Of a stretch of 24,125 bases of DNA, positions 7,468-15,199 are shown piece by piece (position 1 is the first letter of the stretch; each line of letters starts with the position of its first letter). This stretch comes from a virus. Its lineage: Duplodnaviria; Caudoviricetes. The stretch covers positions 1 through 24,125 of the IMG/VR virus record IMGVR_UViG_3300048576_000272. One strand, given 5' to 3'. The translations under genes were made by a program, and so were the position numbers. The notes below the pieces were generated by a model, which was not told the origin of the DNA, searched no databases, and saw only the letters and a list, made by a program, of their open reading frames with translations.

Positions 7468-8994
7468 ATGGCCGAAACCAAGGATTTGCGGCAGGAGGTC
7501 GCCACCACCGCAAAGGACATCCTGTTCCCGGCGTTCGACGGCATTTTACGTAACGCGGATGATACCCTGCTGACCCGTGGCGGCGGCGAGGGGCTCAAGA
7601 TCTATGACGCGCTGGAGCGCGACGGCTCCGTGTACGGCTACCTGGGCAAGCGCAAGCTGGCCGTCACCGCGCGCCCGTGGGAAGTGGTGCCCGGCGGCCC
7701 TGGCCGCAGGGAGAAGCAGGCAGCCGAGCTGGTGAAGGCCATGCTGGAAACCGTGGGCTTTGACCGGCTGTGCATGAACCTGATGGACGCCGTGCTCAAG
7801 GGCTTTGCCGTGGCCGAGATATTGTGGGAGACGGACGGCGCCACGTACTTTCCGCGCGAGATCAAGGCCAAGAACCAGCGCCGCTTCCATTTCGACACCG
7901 AGGGCGAGCTGCGCCTGCTGACCCCGCAGGACCTGTACCGGGGCGAGGCCGTGCCGCCGCGCAAATTCATCGTGCACACCTTCGGCGACAAGGACGGCAG
8001 CCCCTACGGCCTGGGCCTGGGCACCAGGCTGTTCTGGTACGTGCTGTTCAAGCGGGAGGACTTCCGCTCCTGGCTGCTGTTCCTCGACAAATTCGCCAGC
8101 CCCACGGCCGTGGGCAAGTATCCCCCGGGCTCCGGCCAGGACGAGAAGCAAAAGCTCCTCGACGCCTTGGGGGCCATCGCGCGCGACGCCGGCGTCATCA
8201 TCCCCGAGGGCATGGCCGTGGAGCTGCTGGAGGCCAAGCGCGCCAGCGCGGGCAGCCACGAGGCCTTTTGCCGCTACCTGGACGAGCAGATAGGGCTCAT
8301 CATTTTGGGCGACGCCCCGGGCGCGAAGGACTCCGGCGGGGCGCTGGCCAGCGCGGCCATTCTGCGCAACGAGGTGCGCCTGGAGCTGGTTGCGGCGGAC
8401 GCCGACCTGCTTTCGGCCACGCTGAACCGCACCCTGCTGACGTGGATCACCGAGCTGAACGTGCCCGGGGCCATTCCCCCCACGGTGTGGCGCGACGTGA
8501 AGCCCGCCGAGGACCTGAAGGCCCGCAGCGAGCGGGACAAGAACCTTTCCTCTTTGGGCTACCGGCCCACCCTCAAGCATGTGCAGGAGATCTACGGCGG
8601 CGAGTGGGAACCCCTCCCCGGCTTCGGCAAGGGCCAAACCGGACAGCCCGGGCGGCCCGGCCCGGGCGTTGCGCAGCCGGACGGCGCGGACGCCTCGGCC
8701 TTTGCGGAGGCCGCCTTTGCCGATGCCACGGCCTACCCGGACCAGCTGGCGCTCGATGACGCGGCGGGCAACCTGCCCGCCGACGAGCTGGACCAGGCCA
8801 TGCGGGCCTTGCTCAAACCCGTGGTGCAACTGCTGGCGGGGGGCGGCAGCGCCGAGGACGCCATGACCAGGCTGGAGGAGATCTACCCGGACCTGGACGC
8901 CACCGCGCTCGCCACCATGCTGGCCCGCGCCATGTTTGTGGCCGAGGTCTGGGGCAGGCTTTCAGCCGACGCGGAACACGGGGCCGAGGGCTAG
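7468..8994 (+). CDS. Portal protein (Mu gp29, DUF935)
   Basis: KRKLAV..RPW, DAVLKGFAVAEILW, W..FLDKF.SP..VGKYP, C-terminal LARAMFVAEVWGR. Confidence 0.93.
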   Translation: MAETKDLRQEVATTAKDILFPAFDGILRNADDTLLTRGGGEGLKIYDALERDGSVYGYLGKRKLAVTARPWEVVPGGPGRREKQAAELVKAMLETVGFDRLCMNLMDAVLKGFAVAEILWETDGATYFPREIKAKNQRRFHFDTEGELRLLTPQDLYRGEAVPPRKFIVHTFGDKDGSPYGLGLGTRLFWYVLFKREDFRSWLLFLDKFASPTAVGKYPPGSGQDEKQKLLDALGAIARDAGVIIPEGMAVELLEAKRASAGSHEAFCRYLDEQIGLIILGDAPGAKDSGGALASAAILRNEVRLELVAADADLLSATLNRTLLTWITELNVPGAIPPTVWRDVKPAEDLKARSERDKNLSSLGYRPTLKHVQEIYGGEWEPLPGFGKGQTGQPGRPGPGVAQPDGADASAFAEAAFADATAYPDQLALDDAAGNLPADELDQAMRALLKPVVQLLAGGGSAEDAMTRLEEIYPDLDATALATMLARAMFVAEVWGRLSADAEHGAEG

Positions 8995-8997
8995 GCC

Positions 8998-9261
8998 ATG
9001 GAATTGAAGCTCGAAGATCTCACCAAGGACGAGCTGATCTTGCTCATTCGGCAGCTCCCGGTGCTCGGCCCAAGTCAGCGGGACATGCTGCGCATTCGTT
9101 GGGATACTTTGACGAAAAAAGGGCATGCCTTGCTTGGCGAGAGCATCAAGGCCGGGGAGGCCGGAGACATGAAGCTAGCGGACCGGCTGTATGATGAATC
9201 TGCGCGGGTGAGGAAGAAGGCAGACGCTGTATTCGCGGAGATGTGTCCATGCCCGAAGTGA
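8998..9261 (+). CDS. Small helical hypothetical protein inserted between portal and MuF
   Basis: 87-aa ORF filling the gap and overlapping the MuF start; more A/T at third codon positions than its neighbours. Confidence 0.65.
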   Translation: MELKLEDLTKDELILLIRQLPVLGPSQRDMLRIRWDTLTKKGHALLGESIKAGEAGDMKLADRLYDESARVRKKADAVFAEMCPCPK

Positions 9262-10484
9262 ACCTCGCCTATGCCTGCGGCCTGCCGCCGGAGAAGGCCA
9301 TCGCCTACTTTGAGGCCAAGGGCTACGCGTTCTCGTGGGACTGGCGCGAGGTGTGGCAGGAGGCCCACGCCAAGGCCTTCACCGTTGCGGGGGTGCTCAA
9401 AAGCGACGTGTTGCAGGACATCCGCGCGGGCGTTCAAACGGCGTTGAAGGAGGGCAAAACGCTCTCCCAATTCGAGCGCGAGCTGGAGCCCCTGCTGAAA
9501 AAACGCGGCTGGCTGGGCAAGGGCGAGGTGCGCAACGCCGCCACCGGCGAGGTGGAGGGCCGCCGCCTGGGGCCGCACCGCCTGACCACCATTTACCGCA
9601 CCAACATGCAGACCAGCTACATGGCCGGGCGCTACAAGAGTTTCATGGAGAACGCGGCGGCCCGCCCCTATTGGGAGTACGTGGCCGTCATGGACAGCCG
9701 CACCAGGCCGGAACACGCCGCCCTGAACGGCCTGGTCTTCCCCGCCGGCGATCCTTTCTGGAATTCGTTTTGGCCGCCAAACGGCTACCGCTGCCGCTGT
9801 CGGGTGACGGCGCTGACCGCGCGGGAGGCCAAGGCCGAGGGTGTGCGCCTGGTATCGTCCGAGGGGCGCATCACCGAGAAGGAAGTGCCGGTCGGTCGCT
9901 CGCGTCCTGGTCAGCCCGCGCCCAAGGCCAAGGTGGCCAGCTTCGAGCTGCGGCCCGGCCTGTCCATCTCGCCGGACCCCGGCTTCAGCTACAACCCGGG
10001 CAAGGCGGCCTGGCCCGGCTTGCAGGACGTGCTGGCCCGCAAGATGGAGGCCGCGCCGCAAGCCATCGCCTCCGGCCTGGCGCGCGGGCAGGCCGCCGGG
10101 CCGGGCTTCCGGGAGTTCCACGCCAAGCCCTCCGGCAACTGGCCCATCGCGCAGATCCCGCCGGAGGACGCCAAGGCCATCGGCTCAAAGACCGGCACGG
10201 TGCTGCTTTCGGCGGACACCATGCTAAAGCAGAAGGATCACCACCCGGAACTGACCCCGGAGGATTACGCATTGGTGCAGGCGGCCGTGGACAAGGGCGA
10301 GAGAATCCAACAGACAGCGCACAAGCTGGCCTACGTCTTTGATAGTGCCGACGGCGCGGTTACTGTGGTGAAGGCAACCCAGAGCGGCGACAAAGTGTAT
10401 CTGGCCAGCCTGTGGAAGCTTGGAAAGGACGAAAAGGACCGTTCGCGCATCGTTGCCCAGCTGCGAAAGAAGGTCCAGAAATGA
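9249..10484 (+). CDS. MuF (gp30) minor head protein with C-terminal extension resembling a phage BECR (PBECR-type) nuclease
   Basis: LPPEKAIAYF..KG, RLTTIYRTNMQTSY.AGRY, DSRTRPEH, WPPNGYRCRCRV, PDPGFSYNPG; about 140-aa tail with LSADT..KQ..HHPEL..EDY and VVKAT..G.K.YL.S; GGAG SD before ATG 9249. Confidence 0.88.
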   Translation: MPEVNLAYACGLPPEKAIAYFEAKGYAFSWDWREVWQEAHAKAFTVAGVLKSDVLQDIRAGVQTALKEGKTLSQFERELEPLLKKRGWLGKGEVRNAATGEVEGRRLGPHRLTTIYRTNMQTSYMAGRYKSFMENAAARPYWEYVAVMDSRTRPEHAALNGLVFPAGDPFWNSFWPPNGYRCRCRVTALTAREAKAEGVRLVSSEGRITEKEVPVGRSRPGQPAPKAKVASFELRPGLSISPDPGFSYNPGKAAWPGLQDVLARKMEAAPQAIASGLARGQAAGPGFREFHAKPSGNWPIAQIPPEDAKAIGSKTGTVLLSADTMLKQKDHHPELTPEDYALVQAAVDKGERIQQTAHKLAYVFDSADGAVTVVKATQSGDKVYLASLWKLGKDEKDRSRIVAQLRKKVQK

Positions 10485-10622
10485 CGAAGGCCGCACCAAG
10501 TGCGACCTTCAATCTAACGGGCGGTGGGGCCTACCTTCCGCTTGCGCGGGAACCCCACATGGCGCTCCGACGTTTCCGCCGTGCTACGGCAGGTAGAGTG
10601 TCACCGTGTCGCGCCCGTTATG
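10485..10622 (-). ncRNA. Structured non-coding RNA (multi-stem, pseudoknotted) convergent with MuF
   Basis: Closing stem 10515-10523/10612-10620; stem 10524-10529/10553-10558; GCAA and GAAA tetraloop hairpins on the minus strand; pseudoknot CUACCU/AGGUAG; upstream sigma70 promoter. Confidence 0.7.
10486..10510 (-). terminator. 3' hairpin or terminator of the antisense RNA (possibly bidirectional)
   Basis: Minus strand GAAGGUCGCAC-UUG-GUGCGGCCUUC, 11 bp with one G-U pair (a C-A mismatch on plus), followed by GUCAUUUCU (weak U tract). Confidence 0.55.
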
Positions 10623-10627
10623 ATAGC

Positions 10628-10656
10628 CATATAGGGCGGACGCAAAAGGATGTCAA
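10628..10656 (-). promoter_or_regulatory. Sigma70-type promoter driving the minus-strand RNA
   Basis: TTGACA (10656-10651), 17-nt spacer, TATATG (10633-10628); predicted +1 at about 10621, at the base of the RNA closing stem. Confidence 0.68.
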
Positions 10657-11169
10657 ATGATCGAAGCCCAGCTTGATTCCACGGAGATGCGGCGCGCACT
10701 GGAAATGCTGCGCGTGAGCTGCCTGGACGCCTCGCCGGTGATGCGCGTCATCGCGGGCGACATGGAGCGCGCGGTGGAAAAAAACTTCCGCAGCGAGGGC
10801 CGGCCGGCCTGGTTGGGGCTGGCCCCCGGCACCATCGCCGGGCGCATCAAAAGCGGCACTTGGCCGGGCAAGATTCTCCAGCGCACGGGGCAGTTGGCCA
10901 GCAGCATCGAGGCGCACTCCGACTCCACCAGCGCCACCGTGGGCACCAACCTGGCGTATGCGGCCATCCAGCAGTTCGGCGGCAGAACGCGTGCCCACAC
11001 CATCACCGCGCGCAAGGGCAAGGCCCTGGCCTTCGGCGGCATCTTCCGGCGCTCCGTCCGCCACCCCGGCTCCAACATCCCGGCCCGGCCGTTTTTGGCG
11101 CTGGACCGCGACGACGAGCGGCAGATTCAGGAGTCGGTGCTGCTGTTTCTGACGGGGCGGATCGGGTAA
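10657..11169 (+). CDS. Phage virion morphogenesis protein (Mu gpG/gp31-like)
   Basis: NF.SEGRP.W..L...T, KILQRTGQLASSI, VGTNLAYAAIQQFGG, IPARPFL motifs. Confidence 0.92.
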   Translation: MIEAQLDSTEMRRALEMLRVSCLDASPVMRVIAGDMERAVEKNFRSEGRPAWLGLAPGTIAGRIKSGTWPGKILQRTGQLASSIEAHSDSTSATVGTNLAYAAIQQFGGRTRAHTITARKGKALAFGGIFRRSVRHPGSNIPARPFLALDRDDERQIQESVLLFLTGRIG

Positions 11170-11273
11170 GCCTGGAGGCTGCCCCGTTGCTTTTTCAGCC
11201 AATTTGCCGCAAGGATACCTATACTTGCGTGGCGGAATTTCTTGCCCCGGAACTCGTAAATGAGAGGAAGAGC

Positions 11274-12473
11274 ATGTCCTGTTGTAAATGTGAAAAATAT
11301 GGATGGGACGAACCACAACCGGTTGTCTTCCATGCACCAAGGGGGAAGCAAAGGGGGTATTGTGTCTTTCATGCCCCTTCAAGGCAAAAAGGAATACCTG
11401 GTGACGAGTTTCAAGACATCGTACTCAAAACGATAGAAGAACATAGATCAAAATTTCAACATAATGATATAGAAATACTGTGCAACTTAAGCGGGACAAT
11501 ATTCCCATCGGACATACTATTCAGCACGCAGACTGTACCTCGCCATTTCCCCGGTATGAATTTTAGATATTGCATTTTTAAAGAGAATGTTAATTTTATT
11601 CATGCCTATTTCGATGACACAACATCCTTCAGTCATTCAAAGTTTCTAAAAAACGCAAACTTTAGTTCCGCAAAGTTTAAATGCAACGTAAGCTTTAATG
11701 GTACACTTTTTTGTCGTGTTTATTTTGACGCCACTCAGTTCAAGAAGCTTGCAATTTTTGAAAAATCTCACTTTTCTGACAACGCCTCTTTCTTTGCATG
11801 TGAAGGTGCTAGTGACTCAATTATTATTAACTCAGTTGACAAGAGTTCAATACAAAATATGTACTTTACGAGTAGAGAAGTCAATCTACTAGATTTCCAG
11901 CAATGTGTATTCCCATGTTTTTTACGACCAGAGGAAGCATTAAAGATTTTTCTTGCCGAAGAGCTATACCGTAGTCTAAAGCAAAAAGCCGCAATGAAGC
12001 ATAACTATGCGATGGTTTCAGAGTTTAACTACAAAGAAAATCTCATGCATTTTCATGGTTTGCTCCAAACTAAAAGAGAGAAATTATACCTGTCAATTAT
12101 TGAGAATGAAGAATCAAATAAAATTGGAAAAATTTTTTACTTCATACTCCTTGTGATAAAGACACCAAAGATACTGTTTACGATTGATTTTTGGTATTGG
12201 TTACTAAGCGGCTTTGGGGAAAGGGATCACCGGGCATTGTCTTGGCTCGTGTTACTGCTAATCTTGCCTCTGTTACTAAATGTCATCCTTCCGCAGATTG
12301 ATTCATTCCCTTGCAGCGACTTGATAAATTCAACTCTCAATTATATACCATTTACTAAAGAATTGCCGGGGCATAGTGGCTGGCTTCGTCTGGGGCAAGG
12401 TCTGAGCCAGCTACTCATTACCATTCAGGCCACCATTTACGCCTTCGCCCTCCGCAACCGCTTCAGGCGTTAG
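11274..12473 (+). CDS. Accessory pentapeptide-repeat protein with Cys/His-rich N-terminus and C-terminal TM segments
   Basis: AT-rich; GAGG SD before ATG 11274; repeats NFRYCIF/NFIHAYF/SFSHSKF/NFSSAKF/SFNGTLF/YFDATQF; YCVFH motif; LSGFGER..RAL.WL followed by TM helices. Confidence 0.8.
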   Translation: MSCCKCEKYGWDEPQPVVFHAPRGKQRGYCVFHAPSRQKGIPGDEFQDIVLKTIEEHRSKFQHNDIEILCNLSGTIFPSDILFSTQTVPRHFPGMNFRYCIFKENVNFIHAYFDDTTSFSHSKFLKNANFSSAKFKCNVSFNGTLFCRVYFDATQFKKLAIFEKSHFSDNASFFACEGASDSIIINSVDKSSIQNMYFTSREVNLLDFQQCVFPCFLRPEEALKIFLAEELYRSLKQKAAMKHNYAMVSEFNYKENLMHFHGLLQTKREKLYLSIIENEESNKIGKIFYFILLVIKTPKILFTIDFWYWLLSGFGERDHRALSWLVLLLILPLLLNVILPQIDSFPCSDLINSTLNYIPFTKELPGHSGWLRLGQGLSQLLITIQATIYAFALRNRFRR

Positions 12474-12660
12474 CAAGATGCCACCCCGCACTTTGCCCGC
12501 CGAAATCCATTAAACACGCTGTTAAACGCCCCTGAAGCATTTTTAACGCGGTTTGCGCTTTCGACCCGGCCCCGGCTGGCGGGGTTGCAATCGCCGCCGG
12601 TTTCGGCGTAGGGTCCGCCAACACCTCCCCACCTCCTGAAAAGCCAGCAGGGACAACGCC

Positions 12661-12708
12661 CCCCGGACATTCGTCCGCGTTATTGCGCGCCCCGTCATCA
12701 CGCATGAT
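12661..12708 (+). promoter_or_regulatory. Late promoter upstream of protease/scaffold (PI-like)
   Basis: CCCCGGACATTCGTCCGCGTTA..GCGCG.CCC, the same motif as upstream of the holin; -10 CATGAT at 12703-12708 at the same 37-nt offset. Confidence 0.72.
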
Positions 12709-12715
12709 GCGGGGC

Positions 12716-13897
12716 ATGAACACACCCGCACCCATCCATATCTTCCGGCTCGGCACGCACACCGACGTCAGCGGCAAGACGCTGGCCTTCGGCGAGGCCG
12801 AGCTGGAAGCGTCGGCAAAGGCCTACGACCCCGCCCTGTTCGAGGCCCCCCTTGTGGTGGGGCATCCGCAGCTTGACGCGCCGGCCTACGGCTGGGTCGA
12901 ATCCCTTTCCTTCGGGCAGGGCGGCCTGGTCGCCGCGCCCCGCCAGGTGGACCCCGCGTTTGCCGAGCTGGTGCGCGCGGGCCGCTTCAAGAAAATCTCC
13001 GCCAGCTTCTACCTGCCCGATTCCCCTGCCAACCCCGCGCCCGGGGTGCTCTACCTGCGCCACGTGGGCTTCCTCGGCGCGGCCGCCCCGGCTGTGAAGG
13101 GCCTCAAGCCCGTGGAGTTCGCCCAGGCCGAAGAGGGCGTGGTGGAATTTTCCGATTCCTGGGCGGAACGCCAGAACGCCGGCCTGTGGCGCTCCCTGCG
13201 CGAGTGGCTTCTGGCCAAATTCGGGCAGGAGGATGCGGACCGGGCCGTGCCCGGCCACCAGGTGGAAACCGTGGAGGAGGCGGCCCGCAAGGAGCTGCCG
13301 GAGGAACAGTCGCAACCCGCGTTCGGGGAGCCCGGCGCGGCCAACCCCAACCCCCAGGCCCAGGCCAAGGAGGAAAACGTGGACCAGAAGGAAAAGGAGG
13401 CCCTCGCGGCTGAACGCGCCAAGCTCGCCGAGGAGCGGGCCGCGCTGGAAAAGCAGCGCGCGGACTTTGCCGAGCGCGAGACCAAGCTGAAGGAAACCGA
13501 GGCGGGCCGCATCCATGCGGAGCACGTGGCCTTTGCCGAGAACCTGGTGAAGGAAGGCAGGCTCTTGCCCGCCAACAAGGAGGCCACGGTGGGCCTGCTC
13601 GACAGCCTGGCCGTTTCGGACGCGGTGCTCTGCTTCGCGGAAGAGAACGGCGCCAAGGTCGAAAAGGGCGCGCTGCAAACCATGAAGGACATGCTGGCGG
13701 CCAGCCCCAAGGCCGTGGCCTTCGGCGAGCTGGCCACGGGCGAGCTGGGCGCCGGCGGCTCCGTCAGCTTCGCCGCGCCGCAGGGCTACGCCGTCGATAC
13801 CGACCGCCTGGCGCTGCACGGCAAGGCCCTGGCCTACCAGGCCGCCCACCCCGGAACCGAATACAGCGCGGCCCTGGCGGCCGTGGGAGGCAACTAG
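12716..13897 (+). CDS. Prohead protease/scaffold (Mu gpI-like)
   Basis: IHIFR.GTH, YDP...EAPLVVGHP..DAPAYGWV, GRFKKISASFY, YLRHVGFLGA..PAVKGL; coiled-coil scaffold C-terminus. Confidence 0.92.
   Translation: MNTPAPIHIFRLGTHTDVSGKTLAFGEAELEASAKAYDPALFEAPLVVGHPQLDAPAYGWVESLSFGQGGLVAAPRQVDPAFAELVRAGRFKKISASFYLPDSPANPAPGVLYLRHVGFLGAAAPAVKGLKPVEFAQAEEGVVEFSDSWAERQNAGLWRSLREWLLAKFGQEDADRAVPGHQVETVEEAARKELPEEQSQPAFGEPGAANPNPQAQAKEENVDQKEKEALAAERAKLAEERAALEKQRADFAERETKLKETEAGRIHAEHVAFAENLVKEGRLLPANKEATVGLLDSLAVSDAVLCFAEENGAKVEKGALQTMKDMLAASPKAVAFGELATGELGAGGSVSFAAPQGYAVDTDRLALHGKALAYQAAHPGTEYSAALAAVGGN
13379..13897 (+). CDS. Internally initiated scaffold protein (Mu gpZ-like)
   Basis: AAGGAGG SD at 13367-13373 then in-frame GTG at 13379, directly after a P/Q/N-rich linker. 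Confidence 0.65.
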   Translation: MDQKEKEALAAERAKLAEERAALEKQRADFAERETKLKETEAGRIHAEHVAFAENLVKEGRLLPANKEATVGLLDSLAVSDAVLCFAEENGAKVEKGALQTMKDMLAASPKAVAFGELATGELGAGGSVSFAAPQGYAVDTDRLALHGKALAYQAAHPGTEYSAALAAVGGN

Positions 13898-14236
13898 ATG
13901 GGCAAGCAGTGCACCACCATTCTGGCCCTGTCGTTGAAGGCCACCGGCGATATCGCCGCGTACCGTTTCGTGAACCCTGCCGGCGCGCAGGCCGGGGCCG
14001 GGGCGAACGCCCTGGGCGCGTCCGAATATGCCGCCTCCGCCGGCGAAATGGTGGGCGTGGCCAACCTGGGCACGGCCATTGTGGAGGCCGGGGCCGCCGT
14101 GGCCGCCGGGGCCGCCGTCCAGTCCGATGCCTCTGGCCGCGCCATCACCAAGGACACCGGGGCCACCGTGGCCCGCGCCCTGGAGGCTGCGGCCGCCGCG
14201 GGCGACTTCATCGAAGTGGCCCTCATTCCCAACTAA
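13898..14236 (+). CDS. Capsid decoration/cement protein (DUF2190-like)
   Basis: GGAGG SD; Ala/Gly-rich; VEAGAAVAAGAAVQSDASGRAI and ARALEAAAAAGDFIEV motifs; precedes the MCP. Confidence 0.85.
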   Translation: MGKQCTTILALSLKATGDIAAYRFVNPAGAQAGAGANALGASEYAASAGEMVGVANLGTAIVEAGAAVAAGAAVQSDASGRAITKDTGATVARALEAAAAAGDFIEVALIPN

Positions 14237-14266
14237 CCGCCCGACAATCCAAGGAGCTGTTTCGAC

Positions 14267-15190
14267 ATGATGAATCCCAGCCAGGCGAGGGTCATCGACC
14301 CCATCCTGACCACCGTGGTCCAGGGCTACAAAAACCCCGAGTTCGTGGGCGGCGCGCTGTTCCCGCGCGTGCCCGTGCCCGTTTCCGGCGGGCAGATTCT
14401 TGAATTCGGGAAGGAGAGCTTCCTGGCCTACAACACCCGGCGCGCCCCGGGCGGCGGCACCAAGCGCATCTCCTTCGGCTACCTGGGCAAGCCCTACGCC
14501 GTGGAGAACCACGCCCTGGAGGCCCCGGTGCCCCGCGAGCACCTGCGCGACGCCGGCAAGATTCCCGGCATCAACCTGGGCACCCGGGCCGTGAACCTGG
14601 TCATGCGCGCCGAGGGCCTGGGGCTGGAGATCCAGCAGGCCGCGCTTGCCACCGACGCCAGCCAATACGGCGCGAACAACAAAATCACGCTCTCCGGCAC
14701 GGACAAGTTCAGCGACGACACGTCCAAGATCTTCGCCACCTTCGACGACGCCAAGGAAGCCGTGCGCAGCAGCTGTGGCATGTACCCCAACGTGGCCGCC
14801 TTCGGCCCCAAAGCCTTCAAGGCCACCAAGCGCCACGCCGCCGTGGTGGACCGTTTCAAGTACACCAGCAAGGAATCCATCACCCCCGAGATGCTGGCCG
14901 GCGTGCTGGAGCTCGGCCGCGTGGTGGTGGGCCAGGCCGTGAAGGCCTCGGATGCCGGGGCCATGAGCGACGTGTGGGGCAACTACATCGTGCTGGCCTA
15001 CGTGCCGCCCGCGCCCAGCCAGGCGGAGGAGCCGAGCTACGGCTACACCTACACCCTGGAAGGCCACCCCATGGTGGAGACCCCGTATTGGGACTCCAAC
15101 TCCAAGAGCTGGATCTACGGCGTGGTGGACGAGCGCGTGCCCGTGCTTTCCGGCATCGCCTCCGGTTTCCTCATCATCAACCCGTTCTAG
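14267..15190 (+). CDS. Major capsid protein
   Basis: AAGGAG SD; RVIDPILT.V.QGY.N..FVG..LFP.VPV, PSYGYTY and GFLI.N motifs; 307 aa; synteny. Confidence 0.9.
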   Translation: MMNPSQARVIDPILTTVVQGYKNPEFVGGALFPRVPVPVSGGQILEFGKESFLAYNTRRAPGGGTKRISFGYLGKPYAVENHALEAPVPREHLRDAGKIPGINLGTRAVNLVMRAEGLGLEIQQAALATDASQYGANNKITLSGTDKFSDDTSKIFATFDDAKEAVRSSCGMYPNVAAFGPKAFKATKRHAAVVDRFKYTSKESITPEMLAGVLELGRVVVGQAVKASDAGAMSDVWGNYIVLAYVPPAPSQAEEPSYGYTYTLEGHPMVETPYWDSNSKSWIYGVVDERVPVLSGIASGFLIINPF

Positions 15191-15199
15191 GAGGCCGCC

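Noticed and set aside
10515-10620. tRNA or known riboswitch
   Set aside because: No cloverleaf, TTC T-loop or CCA end; oriented opposite to the downstream genes, so unlikely to be a cis-acting riboswitch
10412-10660. 82-aa + strand ORF as an immunity protein for the MuF extension
   Set aside because: Overlaps the MuF end, has low-complexity Arg/Ala composition, and coincides with a region better explained by RNA structure and a reverse promoter; a shorter version from ATG 10481 cannot be fully excluded
10860-11273. N-terminal extension of the 537-aa ORF
   Set aside because: Overlaps the gpG-like gene out of frame; the SD and the GC shift support a start at 11274
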